Below, piece after piece: positions 45,885 to 51,735 of a DNA stretch of 51,735 bases (its first letter is position 1; every line of letters begins with the position of its first letter). A program made the position numbers and the translations under genes. The notes beneath the pieces are model-generated. The model was not told the DNA's origin. It was given only the letters and a program-made list of their open reading frames with translations, and searched no databases. This stretch comes from a virus (Duplodnaviria; Caudoviricetes): positions 1 to 51,735 of IMG/VR virus record IMGVR_UViG_3300030329_001756. One strand, given 5' to 3'.

Positions 45885-47751
45885 TTATACCTCTCAAAAT
45901 ATCTGCGAAAATAGCTGCGTCATTTACGTCGTTAACAAGCAAATCAGGATCAATATCTTGACTGATAGCAAGTTCTTTTATAAGGTTTGGAATCTTGATG
46001 AACGGAGCAAGCATTGGGTTTGAAATAGTCTGAAGAAGCGTAGTAAGACGCTGACTACGTACTTCCTTTTGAACTACTGCGCTTGTTCCTCTTGGTTTAA
46101 TTTCAAGGTCACCGTGTATTTCAGGCATGTAAGTATTGAACTGCATGTTCCATTGAAAGTACGATTCTCCAAGAGGCTTGAGAAGAAAATCATCAATGTT
46201 CTTGATAACAGTCTTGATGCTTAATCCTGCGCTGGACATAAGCATACTTAAACCAGCAGCAGTTCTTCCTGTTCCTGTAACACCTGTCTGCCCGTGCATG
46301 ATACTTGGAATACCAGTTTGTTCGTCAGCAAGTTGCCTTGCCTTGTCGTACATCTGAATATTTTCTCCAGCAGTATTAGGAAACTTGATGCCGTTAATAG
46401 CTGTTCCTGTTACACCAGATTGCCTTCTAAAAACTTTACCGGGAAACACATCATAAGATTGTCCCGGTACAAGTTGAGCTTCGTCAATGTCAAAAACAAG
46501 ATTACCAGCTAAAGCAAGATTGTCAATAGCCATTCTTACGTGACCGTTCATCAACAGTTGACTATCTTCCATGTTTTCCGCAACACCTACACCAAAAATT
46601 TGATAAGGATTAAGTTCAAACGGAAACGAGTAGTACGGAAGCCTAGTAGGAAGAAATGGATTAGAAACTATTCTAAGAATTTCTTCACCACAAACCCAAA
46701 CATTTACCTGAACAGATCGTCCCGAATCCTCCGATACTTCGAGGCCAGCTTCTCGTGCAAGTGCCGTATCCATAATACCCCAGTATTCCAATACCTCATA
46801 ACGGTTTTTCTCATTAGTAGTATCCTTTTCATTATTGTACAAAGTACTTTCAAAATAGCGTTCTTGATAGTTTGGACCTTCCTCAAGAACTCGCTTAATA
46901 GCATCTTCATCGAATAAAGGACGGTTAAGAAGATCACGTAATTGCTCCCTGTTAAATCTGTGTCTTTCGATAACATATTCACAATCATTGATAGAGGTAG
47001 CAGAAGGATCAGGATAAAAATCCCAACAGCTAACGGAGCTTAAACGAGGAACAGTCTTTTCGTAAGGCTGGTATTGTTTCTCGTCTTCAGGACTACCTTC
47101 TTCTGGAATTGCCCAGTTGTGTACTGTCTTGCTATAGTTAAACGGTCCTTTTACAACACCAGTACCTAATAAGGAACACTCAAACAACGAGTGCCTCATA
47201 ATAGTTACTGCGTTAGTGTCTAAAAGTTGATCTTGAATGCACTTCTCCATATAACGTGCGGATTCTCTTGATGGAGATATTTGAGGTTGATTAGGAACTT
47301 TAGCTACACCCTCTTCTAAATTAGCTCCTTCGTACTTTTCACTTAAACCACCAAGCGGAGTAGCTTGTGTAGCACCCGGCAAAAGCTCTCTGCCGTCACC
47401 GGGAAAACCGTAAGGGTCTTCAGTTTCAGGTTGTTGAGGTTGTTGTGAAAGATGAGCAAACTCAGCAATACCTTCAGGAACAGGTGTAGATTCCACAGAG
47501 ATAGGAAATTTGTTCTGTGAAAATAAAATATCTACAATCTGTCCGTAAGCAGCAAGTACTTTTGTCTTTGTAATCTTGATAAAGACTTTACTACGCTCGT
47601 TATCACGGTATTGTGTTGTAGAGTCGTAGATACCACGATAGTTTTTATAGGCTTTAAGCCAGCGTTCTTCATCAGGTCTACGCCCTGTCTCAGCGTCCAT
47701 AAACCTTGATTTTACTAAGCCTACCAGCCTATATTCTTCGTATTCATCCAT
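45685..47751 (-). CDS. portal protein
   Basis: EERWLKAYKNYRG, FIKITKTKVLAAY, WDFYPDP, GVGVAENMED, RTAAGLSMLM. Confidence 0.88.
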   Translation of the reverse strand: MDEYEEYRLVGLVKSRFMDAETGRRPDEERWLKAYKNYRGIYDSTTQYRDNERSKVFIKITKTKVLAAYGQIVDILFSQNKFPISVESTPVPEGIAEFAHLSQQPQQPETEDPYGFPGDGRELLPGATQATPLGGLSEKYEGANLEEGVAKVPNQPQISPSRESARYMEKCIQDQLLDTNAVTIMRHSLFECSLLGTGVVKGPFNYSKTVHNWAIPEEGSPEDEKQYQPYEKTVPRLSSVSCWDFYPDPSATSINDCEYVIERHRFNREQLRDLLNRPLFDEDAIKRVLEEGPNYQERYFESTLYNNEKDTTNEKNRYEVLEYWGIMDTALAREAGLEVSEDSGRSVQVNVWVCGEEILRIVSNPFLPTRLPYYSFPFELNPYQIFGVGVAENMEDSQLLMNGHVRMAIDNLALAGNLVFDIDEAQLVPGQSYDVFPGKVFRRQSGVTGTAINGIKFPNTAGENIQMYDKARQLADEQTGIPSIMHGQTGVTGTGRTAAGLSMLMSSAGLSIKTVIKNIDDFLLKPLGESYFQWNMQFNTYMPEIHGDLEIKPRGTSAVVQKEVRSQRLTTLLQTISNPMLAPFIKIPNLIKELAISQDIDPDLLVNDVNDAAIFADILRGINAQPTGQEPSPAGQQPPAMGAAGGVPQTVGPNDAAATGGGGIGIGDAPIAGEAGFAGNTDQPQGVG

Positions 47752-47831
47752 ATTAAGATTACTTTCGTACTATTTTTCTATACATATGTTGTTGAACGGC
47801 GACAAGTACAAAATGTCACCAAGCGACGACA

Positions 47832-48062
47832 TTAGCTATGAGGAGATTTGTCGGCAAGACTGCCAAGAACTTTGGAGTCTACGTGCTTTCCACCGTTCTT
47901 TTTACCAAAATCCTCAATAAGAACACCGTGCTTGATCTTCATATCAAACTCAGCCTTTTCACGGTAAAGCGCACTTTCATTTGCATCACTAACTTCGCCC
48001 TGTTTGGACATCTGCTTCATGATGTAGTCCTTACCGTACATCTGTTTGTTTCCGTATGGCAT
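47832..48062 (-). CDS. hypothetical protein
   Basis: 76 aa; SD AAGGA; codon usage like the capsid gene. Confidence 0.65.
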   Translation of the reverse strand: MPYGNKQMYGKDYIMKQMSKQGEVSDANESALYREKAEFDMKIKHGVLIEDFGKKNGGKHVDSKVLGSLADKSPHS

Positions 48063-48095
48063 AATGTTATTCCTTTTTTCTGTGTAAAGTTAAAT

Positions 48096-50639
48096 TTACT
48101 CGCCCATAAGAGCGGACATTTGATCTTGATAATTTTTAGCTTGACGTTCTAAATCAGCATTCTCAATATCTTTAATACTTCTTATTCGTTCATCTTCTAA
48201 AGAAGAATAATCTTCTTCAGTGTATCTGTGTTCACCTTCTTGATATGTTGGCTCAGTTTCAGCTATATTTCTCCATTGACTTACGGCACCTGTAGAAATA
48301 CGTGCTGGATCAGGTTTTATGTACTTGTCTCGTAATCCTTCAAACAAACTTCTTTCATCTACATCCGTTTCACGTTCTGATAAAGGTCTTTGAGAAATTA
48401 TGTCTTGTAATTCTGCTAAGTATCCTTCTTCATCTCTAGGTGGAAGGTCTGCAATCTCTTGTTGAAAAAGGTTTCTGTCAATACTTTGATCAACAAATTG
48501 ACCAACAGTAGGACGTTCTGGTAAAGGCATATTTGCTTTTGCTACAGGCGTTGCTGAAGTTAACATTTCAAGTGCTACATCAGCACCTAAAACAGCAGGA
48601 CCAGCAATTGCACTTTTAGGTATTTTACCAAGTAATTTATAAATTTGTTTTAATTTATCTCTTCTAGAAAAATCGACTCTGCCTTTATGAACGCCTTCCT
48701 TTATTCTTTTAGAAGCTAAATCTGCTTTTGATCTAGCTTCTTCTAACATTGAAGACATATCAGGATACCTTAAACTAGGTTCCATAAGACCTTTTTCATT
48801 TAAAAATCCGTTGGTATCAAGCCAAGCTGATAATCCTTTGCTATCTTTAATATTATGATCTGGGCCTGTTAAAATAGTTGTTAAAAGTTGAGCCTGTTCT
48901 CTATCATCTAAATTATTTTCTAAATCAAGTTCTGGAGCTATCTTTTTTAAAGCTTCAAAAACTTTATCTGTTTTATTTAATTCGGTTGCAACTTTTATTT
49001 TATCGTTAGATGTAGCTCCTTCACCACTACCTAAATCAAAATCAGATTCGGCTTCTCGTAATGGTACAGGAAATTCATCAGCATCAGATATAGCTTGTCT
49101 GTCAACATTATCTATAAGAGGAGTAGGAGATTTTACTGGTTCTGATGGCGCATCATCAGGAGGTTTAAATTTTATGTTTAATTTTTCAGCTATCTGACCT
49201 TTATTATTTACTCCTAAATGAACTCCTAGATTATTTTCAAATTGTTTTGTAATTTCAAAAGGCGTTACTCTGGAGAAACTTCTTATATAGCTTTTAGTTG
49301 TTACGTTACTGCCTTGACTGTCAGCATGTTCTAAAAGCATATCTGCTACTATTTTTTTATCAATTTTAGAACCATTTTGATCTTCAATATCAGTATTGTA
49401 TGCAATAACAGAAGCACCTATTTTTCTTAAAACTGAATGATCATCTGCTTTTCTTCCTAAAATTCGATTATACTCACTTCCAACGTCTGTTAACGGACCA
49501 GCTACTTTCTTCATTACTTTAGTAACATCTTGTGTTGTTAAATTTCCAAATACTTTACCTTTTCTTCGTTTTCCTTGATGAAAAGCTAAATCTTTAAACA
49601 TATTTTGCTGAGAAGTAGTTAATCGTATAGTTCCTTGTTGTTTCTTACCTTGTGAACCGGGAAATACAATTTGTGTAAAATCATCATTTAAATAAGGAGC
49701 GATACTTACTCCTTCAGGTTTACTGCTAAGAATATTTAATAAGTGTGTTGCTCGTATGGGCAGTTGACTGTTAATATAAATAGCAGATTTAACTTGTTTT
49801 TTAGTTCCATTTATCTTTAAACCACCCTTTTTAAAATTAGCGTTATCTACTCCCTCCATAATGTTGCTCATAAGAGTAGAATATTCGTCTAAAGTTAAAG
49901 GATAATGGATTGCTTTTCTACTTTGCCCTCTTGCTTGATCAGACAATCCTCTAGTAATCCAATGAAATAAAGTCTTTTGTTTTTTTCCTGCTGATTCTCT
50001 AAGACCTATTTCCATAGAGTTCCAGTAAGTTTTAAAATTTTGAGCCTTTTTACCTTCTCCTAAAAGCGGTATAGGGTCTTCTTCATCTATTGCCATATCT
50101 TGAAGACCAAGAAAAGTATTTAAGTCAAGTTTTTCTTGAAAACCATCTCCTTTTAAAACATTGTCTAATTCCTGTCGTTCTAAAACTTGACTTGTAAAAG
50201 ATTTGAAATTGTTTAATATTGTTTCAGGAGTAGGACTAAATCCTGATGCTTTATCTCCTGTAATATTAATTGGTTTAGAAACCAATTTAAAATGATCTCT
50301 GATTAATTCATATTCTTTGACGTAATCACTTCCTTCTTTTACACCCTCTTTAACAAAATCATTATGATATTCTGGATTACCTATTGTTATACCTCTTTTT
50401 ATTAAAGAAAGTATAGAAGCTTCTCTTAAAGTAATCTGGTCAGGAGTTCTAAGTGCTTTATCTAACAAATTTTTCTTTACTGTATCATTAAATTCACTTT
50501 CTCCTAAATTATCAAGATAAGGATCAATAATAAGTGTTTTTAATTCTTTTAATTGTTTGCCAAAACTATCAGTATCTAACAACGAAACACCACCACCAGA
50601 TGCGTATCCTTTAACTTGTTTTTCTACGAAACCTACCAT
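48096..50639 (-). CDS. large protein with a central tyrosine-recombinase-like domain
   Basis: LPIRATHLL, HSVLRKIGAS, MLLEHAD and TTKSY in canonical order; likely start MVGFVEKQ. Confidence 0.6.
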   Translation of the reverse strand: MVGFVEKQVKGYASGGGVSLLDTDSFGKQLKELKTLIIDPYLDNLGESEFNDTVKKNLLDKALRTPDQITLREASILSLIKRGITIGNPEYHNDFVKEGVKEGSDYVKEYELIRDHFKLVSKPINITGDKASGFSPTPETILNNFKSFTSQVLERQELDNVLKGDGFQEKLDLNTFLGLQDMAIDEEDPIPLLGEGKKAQNFKTYWNSMEIGLRESAGKKQKTLFHWITRGLSDQARGQSRKAIHYPLTLDEYSTLMSNIMEGVDNANFKKGGLKINGTKKQVKSAIYINSQLPIRATHLLNILSSKPEGVSIAPYLNDDFTQIVFPGSQGKKQQGTIRLTTSQQNMFKDLAFHQGKRRKGKVFGNLTTQDVTKVMKKVAGPLTDVGSEYNRILGRKADDHSVLRKIGASVIAYNTDIEDQNGSKIDKKIVADMLLEHADSQGSNVTTKSYIRSFSRVTPFEITKQFENNLGVHLGVNNKGQIAEKLNIKFKPPDDAPSEPVKSPTPLIDNVDRQAISDADEFPVPLREAESDFDLGSGEGATSNDKIKVATELNKTDKVFEALKKIAPELDLENNLDDREQAQLLTTILTGPDHNIKDSKGLSAWLDTNGFLNEKGLMEPSLRYPDMSSMLEEARSKADLASKRIKEGVHKGRVDFSRRDKLKQIYKLLGKIPKSAIAGPAVLGADVALEMLTSATPVAKANMPLPERPTVGQFVDQSIDRNLFQQEIADLPPRDEEGYLAELQDIISQRPLSERETDVDERSLFEGLRDKYIKPDPARISTGAVSQWRNIAETEPTYQEGEHRYTEEDYSSLEDERIRSIKDIENADLERQAKNYQDQMSALMGE

Positions 50640-50641
50640 AA

Positions 50642-50863
50642 TCAGCAATCAAACTTCTTATACAGTACTTCCATTCTTGCAGCATCCAGTTCAGCACTAG
50701 GAACAGCAGAATCAGTTTTCTTTTTTGTGTAATTGGTATCGTTATACGGATAAGGTCTTTCTTCACCCGTATCGTAAGGATTGAAGTTAAAGTTGTTCAA
50801 GCTTGTACCAAAAGAATGAATCATAAAAGGAATGTGGTGCGTAGTAGTTTTTTTCTTAGCCAT
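50642..50863 (-). CDS. hypothetical protein
   Basis: 73-aa coupled ORF. Confidence 0.6.
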   Translation of the reverse strand: MAKKKTTTHHIPFMIHSFGTSLNNFNFNPYDTGEERPYPYNDTNYTKKKTDSAVPSAELDAARMEVLYKKFDC

Positions 50864-50865
50864 AT

Positions 50866-51735
50866 TTAATATCCAAACACTTCGTTAGAGGGTTCAAATG
50901 ACTGTTGTTGTTTAATAGAATTGAACATAGAACTGGTTACATGGCCGGTCTGGCGCGTCATGCACATGTATCGTAGGGCGTCATACGCATGATCCTCTGC
51001 TTTAGTGTCTACGTCCTCTGAATTAGTTCGAGACAAAGGCAGAGTAGGAAGAGTACGTATAAGGTTTGTACAAGTGCTAAAGATACGCAAACCGTGTCCA
51101 CCTTTAGAGCTTAGTGGCTTGTCTTCATCAAGTCTTCTGTGAAGTTCGATTTTCCCGGCCATGCGATTTCTGTCCGCTGGTATAAATCTAGCACCATTAC
51201 GGATCATTGTTTCAGCTATACTTGGTCCTGTGCCGTGCTTTGACCAACAAGACCCGTCAAGAACATTTTGCGTCATAGGAGGATCATCATGCTCTAAAGC
51301 AAGAATAAGACTTGCTAGGCTTTCTCCTGTATGTCCTTTTTCGTACAATTCTCTATATACCCAGATTGTTCCGTCCCAATCTACCGCGCCCCATAAGACA
51401 CAACTAGGGCTACTGTAGCCGTAATCCATTGCTCGTATACGGGGCCAGCTAAAGGGAACTTCAAATGGTTCAACAACATGTACTGATCTATCGAACTCAT
51501 AAAATGCTGCCCCTTCTGCAACATCCCAATCTCCTTCAAGTAACCTACGTCTTTCAACTTCAGGAAGACTGAGAAGCATTGATTCATATTCACCTGACTC
51601 CGATAGATAAGGATTATCTGTTAGTCTTGCAGGAATAAACTTTCTTTGAAACAAGGGTTGTTGTGTTTTTGGATTTGTTAAAGTTCTTCCTGTTTCTGGA
51701 TCAACTGCCCAAAACGGTGTATTTGGCGGTACAGG
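50866..51735 (-). CDS. terL: terminase large subunit (C-terminal part; runs off the window)
   Basis: Frame open to the window end; FIPARLTDNPYL, LLEGDWD, MDYGY, EDHAYDALRY. Confidence 0.92.
   Translation of the reverse strand, partial: PVPPNTPFWAVDPETGRTLTNPKTQQPLFQRKFIPARLTDNPYLSESGEYESMLLSLPEVERRRLLEGDWDVAEGAAFYEFDRSVHVVEPFEVPFSWPRIRAMDYGYSSPSCVLWGAVDWDGTIWVYRELYEKGHTGESLASLILALEHDDPPMTQNVLDGSCWSKHGTGPSIAETMIRNGARFIPADRNRMAGKIELHRRLDEDKPLSSKGGHGLRIFSTCTNLIRTLPTLPLSRTNSEDVDTKAEDHAYDALRYMCMTRQTGHVTSSMFNSIKQQQSFEPSNEVFGY

Overview
The window is most of the genome of a lytic, podovirus-like dsDNA phage, probably marine with an alphaproteobacterial host (inferred from gene families). It is cut inside the large terminase gene. 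The layout has four blocks. (1) An AT-rich control or terminal region at about 0.75-1.6 kb. (2) A minus-strand early and replication arm at 1.7-17.3 kb, encoding DUF932, a B12-dependent class II RNR, endonuclease I, a T7-type primase-helicase, a PD-(D/E)XK exonuclease, SSB, PolA, a pyrimidine-dimer glycosylase, ThyX and tRNA-Arg. (3) A short plus-strand accessory block at 17.4-20.4 kb with two tRNAs, a tRNA-like RNA, a pentapeptide-repeat protein and an HNH chimera. (4) A minus-strand morphogenesis arm at 20.4-51.7 kb resembling HMO-2011-type phages. The most notable signals are: a dnaX-type -1 frameshift that fuses an acidic head-module protein to a beta-barrel-like plus M15 peptidase extension; an 850-aa protein with a tyrosine-recombinase-like core between terminase and portal; a GG motif shared by those proteins; a tRNA-like RNA with a pseudoknot in place of the anticodon arm; a structured RNA between ssb and tRNA-Arg; strand-biased TGACA arrays; a symmetric double-promoter hub; and an unannotated metallothionein-like peptide. 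All family assignments come from motif recognition by eye. No database searches were run.
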